Part shown: positions 23,097-33,865 of the stretch, piece after piece | Layout of the letters: the number at the start of each line of letters is the position of its first letter | Numbering within the stretch: position 1 is the first letter of the stretch | Source of the DNA: an uncultured Candidatus Saccharibacteria bacterium | GTDB lineage: Bacteria; Patescibacteriota; Saccharimonadia; Saccharimonadales; 2-12-FULL-41-12 | Length of the DNA: 47,803 nt | Assembly (NCBI GenBank): GCA_964643605.1 | Contig: CAZXTF010000002.1 | Span: 11,282-59,084 of the forward strand | Reading direction: 5' to 3' | Program-made: the position numbers and the translations under genes | Notes under the pieces: model-generated | Databases searched by the model: none | The model's input: the letters and a program-made list of their open reading frames with translations, nothing else | Told to the model about the DNA's origin: nothing

Positions 23097-24036
23097 TCTT
23101 TCTACTGAGTTCTAGCAAGAATTCACGCAGAGTGTCATCGGCATCGATGGCCTCTGTTTTTATTTGGCGATCAATTGCACTTAGCCGATGTAATAAATCT
23201 TGAAGTTCGGCCCGTGAAAGCTTGCTGGCAATCCGGGTAGATTTGCTTACCACAAATGGGCTCAAGCCAGCCTCTTTTGCGATAGCATCCGAGCTTTTGC
23301 CCTTCCCAGCTTTTACAATTGCTACCGCATGGAGCTGCCAGACAATCATAGATAGGATTATCGGTGGCTCGATTTTTTGAGCTCGTTGTGCCTCGTATAG
23401 TTCCAAGGTTTTCTTTGCATTACCCGCAAATGCTGCATCGAGTAAATTAAAAATTGTCCCTGTTATATTTGGTTCGGTTACATTCTCGATACTCGTGCGA
23501 GTTATCTCTGACTGATAATCAAGCAGCTTAACAAGCTCGTTGTGTAACGCCTGTTGTTGGAGACTAATTCGCTCTACCAAAAACCGTGCATCGGCTGGTT
23601 TTAATGATCCACCTCTGGTTTTTGCCTCTTGTGTTAGCCAAGAAATAAGCTCTTGTTCGCCTAGCTCTTTAAACTCTTCGAGATTTGTCTTTTGTTTGAG
23701 CGTCTTATAAAACACACTCCGTTTGTCGGGCTTAGGCTCAACAAAAAGTAATGTCGTTTCTTGGGTGGCTAGTGGCAGTATGTCTTCCAGGTTTTCGGCC
23801 ACCTTCTTATTGTTGCCAAGTCGCTTAATAATAACGAGCTTTTTGGGGCTTAAAAATGAAGGGCTCTCAAGGATTTGTGTAATCTGCTCGAGTTCGGCTT
23901 CTTCTCCATCGATTGTCTCTACAGCTAAGTCTGTGTGCTCGGCGATAAAGTCTGTTTTTATTTGCTGAAGTTTTTGCTCAAGCAAATACGTATTGGGGCC
24001 AACCAGCGAAATTATATTTTTTGGCACATTGGGCAT
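23086..24036 (-). CDS. holA: DNA polymerase III delta subunit
   Basis: About 316 aa. The N-terminus (YLLEQKLQQIK...) and helical C-terminal domain are typical of HolA. The start at 24036 (MPNVPKN) overlaps the fpg 3' end by 25 nt. Confidence 0.65.
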   Translation of the reverse strand: MPNVPKNIISLVGPNTYLLEQKLQQIKTDFIAEHTDLAVETIDGEEAELEQITQILESPSFLSPKKLVIIKRLGNNKKVAENLEDILPLATQETTLLFVEPKPDKRSVFYKTLKQKTNLEEFKELGEQELISWLTQEAKTRGGSLKPADARFLVERISLQQQALHNELVKLLDYQSEITRTSIENVTEPNITGTIFNLLDAAFAGNAKKTLELYEAQRAQKIEPPIILSMIVWQLHAVAIVKAGKGKSSDAIAKEAGLSPFVVSKSTRIASKLSRAELQDLLHRLSAIDRQIKTEAIDADDTLREFLLELSRKTIS

Positions 24037-24884
24037 ATGTGTGTTCCTCTTCCTGCAACTCTCAACTTTTCTATTGTGGTGCCACAGCGTGGACATGGCA
24101 AGTTTTCTCGGCGAAAAACTCGAGCAAACTGGATGTAGCTACCCTTTTTACCTTTGGCATCAACGTAGTTTCGGTCGGTTGAGCCACCCTTTTCAATACT
24201 AAGGTTTAGTACATACTGAATACTAGCGAATAATTTTTTTAATTTGGCATCTGATACATCAGCTACTCTAGTAGCTGGGTGGATTTTGGCGCCCCACAGC
24301 GACTCGTCGGCGTAGATATTGCCCACTCCAGCTAGCACTGTTTGATCAAGCAATGCTGCCTTAATAGTAGAGCCTGCCCGTTTTTTTATTCGTTCTATAA
24401 ATATTTTGTCCGTGAACTCTGCGCTCAAAGGTTCAGGACCAACTTTTTTAAAAAAATCGATGTTAGGAATCTCAATCGTAGGGACTAACCTAACCCAGCC
24501 AAACTTACGTTGATCATTAAAGAAAAGTTTTGCCCCGTCTAGCTCAATAGTTACCCGAGTTGATTTGTCTGGGAGTTTGCCAACTAGACTGTTGGTTGGG
24601 TGCCCTGCCCCAAATTTTTTAGAATCATCGTCGCTCCGAAAGACTAGTTGCCCAGTCATTTTAAGATGAATGATTAGCGAGTAGTCTGAGTCTAGATCGA
24701 TAATAAGCACCTTGGCCCTGCGCCTAACATCGGTAATTTTGGCTCCAATCAGAAAGCTTTCTACATCTGATTTAGCGTTTGGGAATGATTTATCCCATGA
24801 GGAAGATACGTCTGTAACTTTTCGTCCAGGCAATAACTCAATGAGTCCTAGTCGCACAACTTCTACTTCTGGTAACTCCGGCAT
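24012..24884 (-). CDS. mutM: formamidopyrimidine-DNA glycosylase
   Basis: MPELPEVEVVR N-terminus, H2TH region, and a C-terminal zinc finger CPRCG...CPMC. Confidence 0.93.
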   Translation of the reverse strand: MPELPEVEVVRLGLIELLPGRKVTDVSSSWDKSFPNAKSDVESFLIGAKITDVRRRAKVLIIDLDSDYSLIIHLKMTGQLVFRSDDDSKKFGAGHPTNSLVGKLPDKSTRVTIELDGAKLFFNDQRKFGWVRLVPTIEIPNIDFFKKVGPEPLSAEFTDKIFIERIKKRAGSTIKAALLDQTVLAGVGNIYADESLWGAKIHPATRVADVSDAKLKKLFASIQYVLNLSIEKGGSTDRNYVDAKGKKGSYIQFARVFRRENLPCPRCGTTIEKLRVAGRGTHICPMCQKI

Positions 24885-24926
24885 AGGTAACCTCTATTTT
24901 AGCAAGCTCTGGGGTACAATAAATAT

Positions 24927-25166
24927 ATGAGTAACTCATTGGGTGACATTTTGGGCAAAAAAAACTTCTCTGCACCTGATGAAATTGAAGTTATTAAGAC
25001 CTACGTTTTCGAACGATTTGAGCAAACTCCCTCAGTGACACTAACTGACAGCTCTATAATCATCGTTGTTTCTAGCGCTAGTTTAGCCGGAGCCCTGCGC
25101 CCCGAGCTTCATAAGCTTCAGGAACAACTAAATACTCAAAAGCGTCTAACCATCCGTATCGGCTAA
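24927..25166 (+). CDS. DUF721/DciA-like small protein
   Basis: The SLGDILGKK start and IIIVVSSASLAGALRPELHKLQEQLN...RLTIRI pattern resemble DUF721. The identification is from memory. Confidence 0.45.
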   Translation: MSNSLGDILGKKNFSAPDEIEVIKTYVFERFEQTPSVTLTDSSIIIVVSSASLAGALRPELHKLQEQLNTQKRLTIRIG

Positions 25167-27793
25167 AGTTCGCCCCAATTTTTACCTATGGTGGTGTCGA
25201 CCGTAAGTTTAACCGGAAGCTTATATACAGCTTCCATAATACTCTTAAGCTGTAGAGCAACTTCATCGGCATCTGTTTCTTTGCATTCTACGAGCACTGA
25301 GTCATGAATTTGCAGTAACATCTCTGCTCCATCCATGCCGTGTAGATACTTTTCGATATCGATCATAGCCATCTTCATAAGGTCGGCTTCTGTGCCCTGG
25401 ATCGGCATGTTCATAGCTGCTCGTTCGGCCGCCTGTCTGACCATAAAATTACTCGACTTTATATCTGGCATTGGACGCCTACGACCAAACAAAGTCTCTA
25501 CATACCCCTGTTCTCGAGCTTGGTCTTTTAGTCCATTGAGATATTCGAGCATTGGCTTTCGAAGCTCAAAATACTTATCTATAAATTCTTTGGCAGCGGT
25601 AAATGTCATGCCAGTTGCAATACTCAACCCATGTGGGCTCATGCCATATAAAATGCCGAAGTTTATAACCTTGGCATCTCGGCGCATGGTCTTGGTAACG
25701 TCCTCCGGCTCTCGGTTGTATACCTGCGCAGCTGTGGCAGTGTGCACATCTATATCTCTATTGAATAAATCAATTAATTCTTTGTCCTTTGCTAAAACTG
25801 CTGCCAAACGAAGCTCGAACTGGCTATAGTCGGCGCTAACCAACACATTACCGGGACCAGCTACAAATGCAGTACGAATTCGCTTGCCCAGCTCGGTTCG
25901 GACCGGAATATTTTGCAGATTTGGGTCGTTCGAACTAAGCCGCCCTGTCTGCGCAACAGTCAGACTAAATGTAGTATGCAGCCGCCCTCGCTCGTCCACC
26001 ATTTTTGGCAACGTTTCCACATACGTACTCATGAGTTTGGTAACTTCTCGGTACTGCGATATGAGATCAACAATCGGGTGCAGTGCCCGTAATTTATCTA
26101 GTTCATTCGCTGCAGTACTATAGCCAGTTTTGCCCTTTTTTACCCCTGTTGTTGGCAGGCCTAACTTTTCAAACAAAATAACCGAAAGTTGCTGGGGGCT
26201 ACCAATATTGAACTCCTCATCGGCATGACCATAAATTTGTTGTTCAAGGTCACTAATCTGGTCTTTTAGCTCTTCAGAAAATTGAGCCAGATATTCACTA
26301 TCCAGCTTGATTCCTTTGTGCTCCATAGCTGCCAGTACAGGAATAACTGGCCATTCAATATCCTCTGCCAATTTCTGCACTTTTGGCAACTTTGCAAGGT
26401 CTTCTTTTTGCTGCTCGTACAGGGCTCGAATTACTCCAATAATCGCTGGTGCCTGGGCCAAGAACTCTTCTGGCGGAAGATCACTGAGTTCGCCACCTTC
26501 CCAACCCAAATCAGCCTCTGCTATCTCAGATAGGCTTGGTTTGTATGTTAATGGGTTAATCAAAAAACGGCCAACATCAACATCGTGGTCCAACTCCGCT
26601 AAGTCTTTTGACCCAAGCTCCAAAAATACTTGCGCCGTTGATTTTGCATCATAACCTATCTTCTTTACATCTGGACTACTCACAAAAGCAAGTTCTTGTT
26701 TGGCTTGTTCGGGACTCAAGATATACAGAGCTTTAGGCTCAGGGCTCACAAGAACATATTGCGGATCTTTACCGTGTTTGCCGGCAGCATAGCTATGTAT
26801 TACTACTTCACTATCTTTCTTAACGGCAAGCGAACCTTTATAGTCTTGAACCTTCGGTAGAGTAATATTTACTGAAGCCGCAGCTATCTCAGAAACTTCA
26901 TCCGGGACCTTCATAATCTCTGGAAGCTGGCGTACCAGCGTACGGAACTCGAGTTTTTGTAGCATATTCCGGATCTCAACTGGATCACACTTACTACCAT
27001 CAACCTCTTTGAGATCTAGCTTGATTGGCGCATCTGTCCAGATTGCAGCCAGTTTTTTGCTCAAATATGCACTCTCTTTGCCATCCTTTAGTTTTTGAGC
27101 TAGTTTTTCGGGGGTTATAAGATCGATATTTTCATAAATTCCGTCTAAGTTCCCATATTCGTTCAACAGCTTTACGGCCGTTTTTTCGCCCACACCAGGC
27201 ACGCCTGGAATATTGTCAGAACTATCACCTTTTAGCGACTTTAGATCCAAGAACTGCTCGACTTCGATACCATACTTTTTTTCGAAGCTCTCGGGGTGAA
27301 AAAGCTCAATATTACTGAGGCCTTTCTTGAGTGCATAAACGTGTACATTACCGTTGATGACTTGTAGCATATCCAGATCAGAGGTAACCAGCAGTGTATC
27401 CAGCCCCTTTTCTCGAGCCTGGACTGCCAATGCACCCATAATATCGTCGGCTTCATAGTCATCAAGTTCATACAATGGCCAACCAAAAGCTGCTAATAGC
27501 TCATGAAGCAACGGAATTTGTTCATAAAAATCTGGTGGAGGCGGCTTGCGACCTGCCTTATATTCTGGATACAGCTCTAGTCTTTTTCGAATATTAGTTT
27601 TGGGCTTATCCCATGCCACGCAGACATAATCTGGTTGTAGTTTTTTGAGTACCTCCAGTGCCATCACTGCAAAGCCATACACTCCGCCAGTTGGCGTGCC
27701 TTCTTTGGTCGAAAGCCCAGGCATAGCAAAATACCCACGGTAAAAAACTGATTTACCATCGATGATTACTAGCTTCTTTCTCTCCTCTGCCAT
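25163..27793 (-). CDS. polA: DNA polymerase I
   Basis: 5' nuclease domain (IIDGKSVFYRGYFA; GVPGVGEKTA) and polymerase motifs A (LVSADYSQFELR), B (RRDAKVINFGILYG) and C (LQIHDSVLVE). The exo domain lacks an obvious DxE. GTG 27796 is an alternative start. Confidence 0.95.
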   Translation of the reverse strand: MAEERKKLVIIDGKSVFYRGYFAMPGLSTKEGTPTGGVYGFAVMALEVLKKLQPDYVCVAWDKPKTNIRKRLELYPEYKAGRKPPPPDFYEQIPLLHELLAAFGWPLYELDDYEADDIMGALAVQAREKGLDTLLVTSDLDMLQVINGNVHVYALKKGLSNIELFHPESFEKKYGIEVEQFLDLKSLKGDSSDNIPGVPGVGEKTAVKLLNEYGNLDGIYENIDLITPEKLAQKLKDGKESAYLSKKLAAIWTDAPIKLDLKEVDGSKCDPVEIRNMLQKLEFRTLVRQLPEIMKVPDEVSEIAAASVNITLPKVQDYKGSLAVKKDSEVVIHSYAAGKHGKDPQYVLVSPEPKALYILSPEQAKQELAFVSSPDVKKIGYDAKSTAQVFLELGSKDLAELDHDVDVGRFLINPLTYKPSLSEIAEADLGWEGGELSDLPPEEFLAQAPAIIGVIRALYEQQKEDLAKLPKVQKLAEDIEWPVIPVLAAMEHKGIKLDSEYLAQFSEELKDQISDLEQQIYGHADEEFNIGSPQQLSVILFEKLGLPTTGVKKGKTGYSTAANELDKLRALHPIVDLISQYREVTKLMSTYVETLPKMVDERGRLHTTFSLTVAQTGRLSSNDPNLQNIPVRTELGKRIRTAFVAGPGNVLVSADYSQFELRLAAVLAKDKELIDLFNRDIDVHTATAAQVYNREPEDVTKTMRRDAKVINFGILYGMSPHGLSIATGMTFTAAKEFIDKYFELRKPMLEYLNGLKDQAREQGYVETLFGRRRPMPDIKSSNFMVRQAAERAAMNMPIQGTEADLMKMAMIDIEKYLHGMDGAEMLLQIHDSVLVECKETDADEVALQLKSIMEAVYKLPVKLTVDTTIGKNWGEL

Positions 27794-27827
27794 CACTTAA
27801 CAGTATACGCCTGTTCTCTTGTACGGC

Positions 27828-28913
27828 CTAGGCACTGACGGCGTGGTGACCAAGCTGCATCAAAAATTGGCGCTGTGGCTCTTGCCAATGAGATCCCTCT
27901 TTTTTACTCAAAGATTCCCGTGCAACACGAGTTTTATGCTCAATAATCTGTTCTACTGCTTCTACTGCCCCAGAATGTATAAGTAGCTTTTGGCAGCGTA
28001 ATACCTCTCGGGAGGCAAGCTTGGAGCTGCCAACTGTCTGCCGTAAATAGATTTTTTGTTCTTCAGTAAGTTTTGAATCAGCCGACAATGCATGCTGAAG
28101 CAATACTGTCCGCTTGCCTGAGCAGATATCTCCACCTCGATATACCCCATCGACTGTCATGTCAGTCACTTCTAAGTCATTACGCAGCTGATACGCTTCG
28201 CCCAAATTGTGGGCAAATATCTGTATAGCATCGATATCATCTGTTGATGCCCCAGCCAAATACATACCAACCTCTAGTGGTGCACGAAACGTATAGTGTT
28301 TTGTCTTATCACCGTTCGCTCTATTGGCTTCTTCGTCGCTAATATCATCAATTACTGGTGCAAGTAGATCTCCTGTCTGGCCAAAGCCGGTAGGAACCAT
28401 AGCAGCATGTATGGCATTTGAGGCACGTACTTTTGCCAGCGCTGGAGCTGGCAACGTACCAATTGCCAGAAGCGCATGATGGTTTAGAGTTAGAGCGCCG
28501 TTAATTGTTACATCTTCGGGTAAATTGCCTATCTCTTTCGTGGTATTTGCAACCAACTCTTCTTCGACAAACATATGAGCTGGTACATTACCTCGGCGCT
28601 GCCGAGAGTCATCTTGGATGTCATCTATCACTACCAGATAGGTCTGCAGCGCCTCCATAGCAGCGCTAGCTCTGTCGATCATTTCATTGTCTTTGCCGCC
28701 GAGCATCTCGTAACCAGCTATAGTTAATACCCCTCGAACTCTCCTGGCATTCGTCGTTAGAATATCGGTACAGGCTTCAACGGGTAATGAGATAAAGTCT
28801 CCGTAATCTTCTGCTTGGTCCATAAGCTGTGCAGCATATACACCCACTGCATCTTCAACTCGCTCTTGATACTGCCCAAAGCTAGACAAAAATTGCTCCT
28901 GCGAATTCTCCAT
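27828..28913 (-). CDS. polyprenyl diphosphate synthase family protein
   Basis: First Asp-rich motif is VIDDIQDDSRQRRG. The second motif region reads GEAYQLRNDLE, which is partly degenerate. Confidence 0.75.
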   Translation of the reverse strand: MENSQEQFLSSFGQYQERVEDAVGVYAAQLMDQAEDYGDFISLPVEACTDILTTNARRVRGVLTIAGYEMLGGKDNEMIDRASAAMEALQTYLVVIDDIQDDSRQRRGNVPAHMFVEEELVANTTKEIGNLPEDVTINGALTLNHHALLAIGTLPAPALAKVRASNAIHAAMVPTGFGQTGDLLAPVIDDISDEEANRANGDKTKHYTFRAPLEVGMYLAGASTDDIDAIQIFAHNLGEAYQLRNDLEVTDMTVDGVYRGGDICSGKRTVLLQHALSADSKLTEEQKIYLRQTVGSSKLASREVLRCQKLLIHSGAVEAVEQIIEHKTRVARESLSKKEGSHWQEPQRQFLMQLGHHAVSA

Positions 28914-28916
28914 GCC

Positions 28917-29477
28917 CTATATTAGTCCAGTTAGTTTAGATTCTATTGCTTTTTCAAAGTCTTCTATCGTCGAAAAATTATTGTCGATACATATATCTGC
29001 CTTGGCTTTAACGGCTAATGTATTGAGGGTCGCTTCATCGCCTGAGTGGCTAGCTTCGTCTTGCTCTTCTTGCATAAACTCTTCAAAAGTCTTTTGGTCT
29101 TCGCTGGAACGTTGCCTATTTTGTACTCGCTCATAGCGAATTTTTGGATCGGCATCCACCCAGATGACTGTGCCGCCTAGCTCGTGTACTCGGTCGGCTT
29201 CGCCTGGATTACGAAGACTAGCAATCGCTACACCTTTGCACTCCTCACCTGCTTGCTCAACTGCTTTGTCCATTAAAAATCCCAGGCCATGAGCTCGTCG
29301 CCACTCAGCACTAATTGCTCGTAGGTTTTCTCGCTCGAGTGGTAAGTCACGCTTCCGAGCTTCTTCTCGCAAAATATCTGTGGCCGGAACAAAAAGGAAA
29401 TCTTTCTCTTTTTGCAGATACTCACCAATTGTATCTTTCCCGCTTCCGTTTGTACCAGAAACCCCAATAATCTTCAT
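28917..29477 (-). CDS. P-loop nucleoside/nucleotide kinase-like protein
   Basis: P-loop GVSGTNGSGKDT and about 186 aa, consistent with the dephospho-CoA/adenylate kinase fold size. Specificity is not determinable. Confidence 0.5.
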   Translation of the reverse strand: MKIIGVSGTNGSGKDTIGEYLQKEKDFLFVPATDILREEARKRDLPLERENLRAISAEWRRAHGLGFLMDKAVEQAGEECKGVAIASLRNPGEADRVHELGGTVIWVDADPKIRYERVQNRQRSSEDQKTFEEFMQEEQDEASHSGDEATLNTLAVKAKADICIDNNFSTIEDFEKAIESKLTGLI

Positions 29478-29480
29478 GGC

Positions 29481-30584
29481 TTAGCTCAAATAATCGTGTA
29501 GTTTACGAGCATCTTTATGTTTGCGAAGTTTTGCTAAAGCTTTTGCTTCAATTTGTCGGATACGCTCACGGGTTACACTAAATTCTTGACCTACTTCCTC
29601 AAGTGTGTGGCTTTTACCGTCTTCTAAGCCAAAACGAAGTTTGAGTATCTTTTGCTCACGTTCGGTTAGGCCACTAAGCATATCTTTTACATGCTCCTTT
29701 AAGAGACTGCCGGTCGCTGACTCTTCAGGACTAATTGTGTCTTCGTCCTCAATAAAATCACCCAGCACTGAGTCTTCTTCATCGTCTCGCACACTTGCAT
29801 CAAGCGAATGGATATCTTGCTTGATCTTCATAATGTGTTCGACTTTTTCTACATCCATTTCCATTGCTTTTGCAATTTCTTCATTGGTTGGCTCTCGATT
29901 GAGCTCTTGAGTAAGTCGCCGCTGTGTTCGAAGCAGTTTGTTAATTGTCTCAAACATGTGTACTGGAATACGAATCACACGAGCCTGGTCGGCAATGGCC
30001 CGAGTTATTGCCTGACGAATCCACCACGTAGCATAGGTCGAGAACTTAAAGCCCTTGTCTGGGTCAAACTTCTCTACCGCTCGGAGTAACCCGGTGTTTC
30101 CTTCCTGGATAAGGTCAAGCAAGTCCAATCCACGTCCAACATATCGTTTAGCTATCGAAACAACCAACCGCATGTTAGCTTCAGCCATTTGGTCTTTGGC
30201 TTTTTTATCACCAGCCACAACTCGCTGAGCAAGTGCTAGTTCTTCTTCGGCAGTTAGCAGTGGGATTTTACCAATTTCTCGCAAGTACAATCGTACTGAG
30301 TCATCAGCAATATCATCCATATACGATTTGTCATCAAGTGCTAACTCTTCTTCATCTTCCTCTTCGGCCCATTCGCCACTAAACGATGTCTTGGAAGCCT
30401 CTCCATTGCCTACTTCAATATTTGCTTCGGCTAATTCAGTATACAGACTATCTAAAATCTCGGCATTTTCTGGCGTTTCAGGGATAACAGCAAAAATCTC
30501 TTCTTGCTCAATCTTACCCGCCTTTTTTGCCTGTTTAAATAGTTTTTTCTTGGTCTCCTGTAATTCTTTTTGGTCTTCTGCCAC
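29481..30584 (-). CDS. rpoD: RNA polymerase sigma factor RpoD
   Basis: Region 2 is [26 protein letters not shown]. Region 4 is [24 protein letters not shown]. Confidence 0.96.
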   Translation of the reverse strand: MAEDQKELQETKKKLFKQAKKAGKIEQEEIFAVIPETPENAEILDSLYTELAEANIEVGNGEASKTSFSGEWAEEEDEEELALDDKSYMDDIADDSVRLYLREIGKIPLLTAEEELALAQRVVAGDKKAKDQMAEANMRLVVSIAKRYVGRGLDLLDLIQEGNTGLLRAVEKFDPDKGFKFSTYATWWIRQAITRAIADQARVIRIPVHMFETINKLLRTQRRLTQELNREPTNEEIAKAMEMDVEKVEHIMKIKQDIHSLDASVRDDEEDSVLGDFIEDEDTISPEESATGSLLKEHVKDMLSGLTEREQKILKLRFGLEDGKSHTLEEVGQEFSVTRERIRQIEAKALAKLRKHKDARKLHDYLS

Positions 30585-30592
30585 GATTGCTC

Positions 30593-32341
30593 CTACTCTT
30601 TTATCTTGTTCAATAATGCATCTAAATCTCGAGCACGCTCAAGTAATTTCTTTTCTGTAGCACCACTTGCATCAGCAAGATCTGCTGTAATCTGTTTTTT
30701 TGAGTGTTTTACGAAATATTCGATTATCCTGGCTCGGAGTCGTGCTGCTTCAAATTGAAGCTCTAGCGTGTCGACAGTGCCATAAAGTTCTTCAAACTGT
30801 AATGATACTATCTTAACATAATCTAACATCGGTCGCAAGGCAGTAGCAGCCTTTAAATCTCCATCAAAATCTCGATTTTCTTTCAGAAAAATTAACAATT
30901 CTTTTGAGTCATGTGATGGCATCATTTCGGGATCAACCATATCCAAATAGGCTCGAGTTCCGGGCAACATCAAAGCCAACGAAAGCAAGTGGTCGGCCAA
31001 TCTTTGCCATTCTACATTGTTAACCGGCTCGCTAACCTGCTGGTTTTTTGGTTTTTTCAGGCGTTTTGGCACATTTGTTGCTTCCCCCATTTTCTCCCGA
31101 AGCGCATCCTCACTAATCCCTGCAACCTTGCTCACCTGCCCCACATAATGGTCTTGTTCGATCTTATCAGTCACCTGACTAATCACTGGCAGTAGCACCT
31201 CACTCAATGTCCGCTTACCATGCGCACTCGTTATATCCAACTTACTGGTATACCTATTAAGCAGCCAGTCAAACGCAGCCTGGGTTTTATCAATAGCCTC
31301 CTCCCAAAGCTTTGGGTCTTTCTGGATAAGCTCATCAGGGTCTTTGCCCGACAGAATGGTAATAATTTGCAGATTCAAACCAACCTTGCTGGCAATGGGG
31401 ATAGCTCGTTCTGCAGCAGCCAAGCCGGCTTGGTCTTGATCAAAAGCCAGACGTACATTGCCAGCTAAACGAGATAAGCTCTTAAGCTGATATTCCGTCA
31501 TGGCCGTGCCAGCGGTAGCTACTACATTTTTTACCCCTATCTGATGGCTCGCAATTACATCCAAATTTCCTTCTACAATTACCGAAAACCCTTCGCTTCG
31601 AATTGCCTTTTTCGCAAGATGCAGCCCATAGACATGCCGACTCTTGTCGTACAGTGGGGTACTTGGTGTATTGATATATTTTGGGCCACTGTCATCACCT
31701 GGCATTTGTCGAGCCGTAAAGCCCACAACCCGGCCAAAGCCGTCCGCAAGTGGCACCATTATTCGCCCCCGAAACATATCAACATCACCTTGCCGCCGAG
31801 TGACACACAGCCCTACTGTCCGAATTATCGGCAAGCTCACACCTTTTTTCGTCAAAAAATCAGTTAGAGCAGTTCCATTATTTGGGCTATACCCCAACTG
31901 AAAATCCAAAATTGTTTCTTTATTGAACTTCCGAGTTTTGGCAACATATTCCCATGCTTCTTTATTGCTCTTTAGTTGCACCTGATAAAATTTTGCAGCT
32001 AATTCCAAGGCTGCGTACAATTTTTCTTTGTCAATTTTGGGCTTACCACTAGAGCCTTTAAATTCTTCAAGCTCTACCCCTGCCTTTCGGGCCAATAGTT
32101 CCAAAGCTCCCTTAAAATCCACACCCTCAACTTCCATAATAAAAGTGAATACATCCCCGCCACGACCAGAGCTAAAGTCGTGCCAAATTTGTTTTTCGGG
32201 ACTTACTACAAAACTCGGGGTTTTTTCATTACTAAACGGACTTAAACCTTTAAAGTTACGTCCAGCCCGTTTCAGTTGCACATACTCACTCAACACATCT
32301 TCAATACTCAGTCTCGCCTTTATTTCCTGCACCGCATCCAT
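30593..32341 (-). CDS. dnaG: DNA primase DnaG (zinc ligands of the CHC2 finger substituted)
   Basis: The zf-CHC2-like N-terminus reads [42 protein letters not shown] domain follows ([20 protein letters not shown]). Confidence 0.93.
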   Translation of the reverse strand: MDAVQEIKARLSIEDVLSEYVQLKRAGRNFKGLSPFSNEKTPSFVVSPEKQIWHDFSSGRGGDVFTFIMEVEGVDFKGALELLARKAGVELEEFKGSSGKPKIDKEKLYAALELAAKFYQVQLKSNKEAWEYVAKTRKFNKETILDFQLGYSPNNGTALTDFLTKKGVSLPIIRTVGLCVTRRQGDVDMFRGRIMVPLADGFGRVVGFTARQMPGDDSGPKYINTPSTPLYDKSRHVYGLHLAKKAIRSEGFSVIVEGNLDVIASHQIGVKNVVATAGTAMTEYQLKSLSRLAGNVRLAFDQDQAGLAAAERAIPIASKVGLNLQIITILSGKDPDELIQKDPKLWEEAIDKTQAAFDWLLNRYTSKLDITSAHGKRTLSEVLLPVISQVTDKIEQDHYVGQVSKVAGISEDALREKMGEATNVPKRLKKPKNQQVSEPVNNVEWQRLADHLLSLALMLPGTRAYLDMVDPEMMPSHDSKELLIFLKENRDFDGDLKAATALRPMLDYVKIVSLQFEELYGTVDTLELQFEAARLRARIIEYFVKHSKKQITADLADASGATEKKLLERARDLDALLNKIKE

Positions 32342-32397
32342 ATCTATCAGTGTAATGCACAGAGCACCGAACCTGAAAGCATTACCACATTCTCTCT

Positions 32398-33015
32398 ATG
32401 CTTGCTAAAATAATGCTTATGCCTCCACAAACACCCTCTAATGACCCGTACGGATTTATCTTAAATCCAGAAAAGCCAAAGCGCTCGTCTCCTTTTAGCG
32501 GTGGCAGTTTCGGCATGAAGATTGCTTTAGTGGCAGTTGTAGCAATTATTATCATTATTGGCGGCGTAGTACTAGGGAATATTCTTGGTTCTTCAAGTGA
32601 TGCACAAAAGCAACGGTTGATTGAACTGGCACAATCTCAGACCGAAATTGTCCGAGTTTCCACAGCTGCTGCTACCAAAGCAAATAGCAGCGACACCAAG
32701 GCAATTGCCTACACCAATAAAATTTCTGTACAATCTGCACTCAATCAAACAACTGCCCAATTATCAAAATATAATGTAAAGTCCGACGGCAAACTGCTTG
32801 GCCAAGGCAAAAATGCCGAAACCGACAAACTACTGGCTGACGCTGCTAGTAACAATCGCTACGACGAAACGTATAAAAAAATACTGGCCGAACAGCTGAG
32901 TAATTATCAAAAACTACTCCAAAACACCTTCGAGTCGAGCAACAGGACCGAAAAGTTAATGATCAATCAAGCCGCCAACTCCAACACGCTCGTTATTAGT
33001 ATGTTCAAAGACTAG
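32398..33015 (+). CDS. hypothetical membrane-anchored protein
   Basis: One TM segment (IALVAVVAIIIIIGGVVLG) followed by a helical ectodomain. The start is uncertain. Confidence 0.6.
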   Translation: MLAKIMLMPPQTPSNDPYGFILNPEKPKRSSPFSGGSFGMKIALVAVVAIIIIIGGVVLGNILGSSSDAQKQRLIELAQSQTEIVRVSTAAATKANSSDTKAIAYTNKISVQSALNQTTAQLSKYNVKSDGKLLGQGKNAETDKLLADAASNNRYDETYKKILAEQLSNYQKLLQNTFESSNRTEKLMINQAANSNTLVISMFKD

Positions 33016-33356
33016 TCAATCGCCGGTGGCGTTTTGTCTTCGCCCGTTACCAAGTCGTAACTATGGCGGATAAACCCTCGTATATCTTCCCACGGCAATT
33101 GCCCACTTAGTACAATCGTATTCCAGTGCTTTTTATTGAGGTGATACCCCGGCATCACACTCTCATATTTTTCTCGCAATATCAGACTAAGCTGGGGATC
33201 ACATTTTAGGCTAATCCGCACCGGATTACTCTTTTCGGCAATTAGCGCAAACATTTTGTCCCCCACCTTATAGACCGCTACATCCTCGCCAAACGGGTAA
33301 TCCAGCCGAACATTCGGCATACTCAGCAGACACTCTTCTACTTCTTTATGATTCAT
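33012..33356 (-). CDS. MmcQ/YjbR-family protein
   Basis: VRLDYPFGEDVAVYKVGDKMFALI...GYHLNKKHWNTI pattern. Confidence 0.8.
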   Translation of the reverse strand: MNHKEVEECLLSMPNVRLDYPFGEDVAVYKVGDKMFALIAEKSNPVRISLKCDPQLSLILREKYESVMPGYHLNKKHWNTIVLSGQLPWEDIRGFIRHSYDLVTGEDKTPPAID

Positions 33357-33404
33357 TAGCTCTATTCTACCCCTGTTAAGAGTAAATTGCTAGCATAAGC
33401 GCTA

Positions 33405-33433
33405 TTGACATTGGGCGTCTTTTGTAGTATGAT
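33405..33433 (+). promoter_or_regulatory. promoter (TTGACA-17-TATGAT) with A/C-rich leader
   Basis: -35 = 33405-33410 and -10 = 33428-33433. The leader AAACAAAACAAAAACAAACTAAACG and SD AAAGGAAG precede the ATG at 33492. Confidence 0.6.
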
Positions 33434-33491
33434 GTAACAAGCTAGAAACAAAACAAAAACAAACTAAACGAAATAATAAAGGAAGTCACAA

Positions 33492-33863
33492 ATGGTATTT
33501 TTTAAACGAGACCACCAAGAAGTAAGCGGCAGTCACGAAAGAGACCCTGTAGCTACCCCATCTACGGATGAGGCCATACGAACAGCTGGCCTGCGCCGTA
33601 GACAACTTGCAGAAGAAGCAGGAATCGAGTTCGATACTGAGACAGGTGAACCTATCTCACCAAAAAATCCAGTAGATGCTGGAGTTATCACACCTGATAA
33701 GTCTAGAGAAATATCTGCAACAGCAGTCCACCAAGCTCAAGAGATAGCAAAAACAACAGAGCAAGCTGGAATTGCTGCCGAAGAGGTAGGTCGACTAGCA
33801 GTAGCTGGCCAAGCAACAGAAGAAATGCCCGCTGTTGATATACAGCATCGATTGCACGAATAA
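33492..33863 (+). CDS. hypothetical acidic protein
   Basis: 123-aa ORF behind a strong promoter and SD. No motif recognised. Confidence 0.6.
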   Translation: MVFFKRDHQEVSGSHERDPVATPSTDEAIRTAGLRRRQLAEEAGIEFDTETGEPISPKNPVDAGVITPDKSREISATAVHQAQEIAKTTEQAGIAAEEVGRLAVAGQATEEMPAVDIQHRLHE

Positions 33864-33865
33864 GA

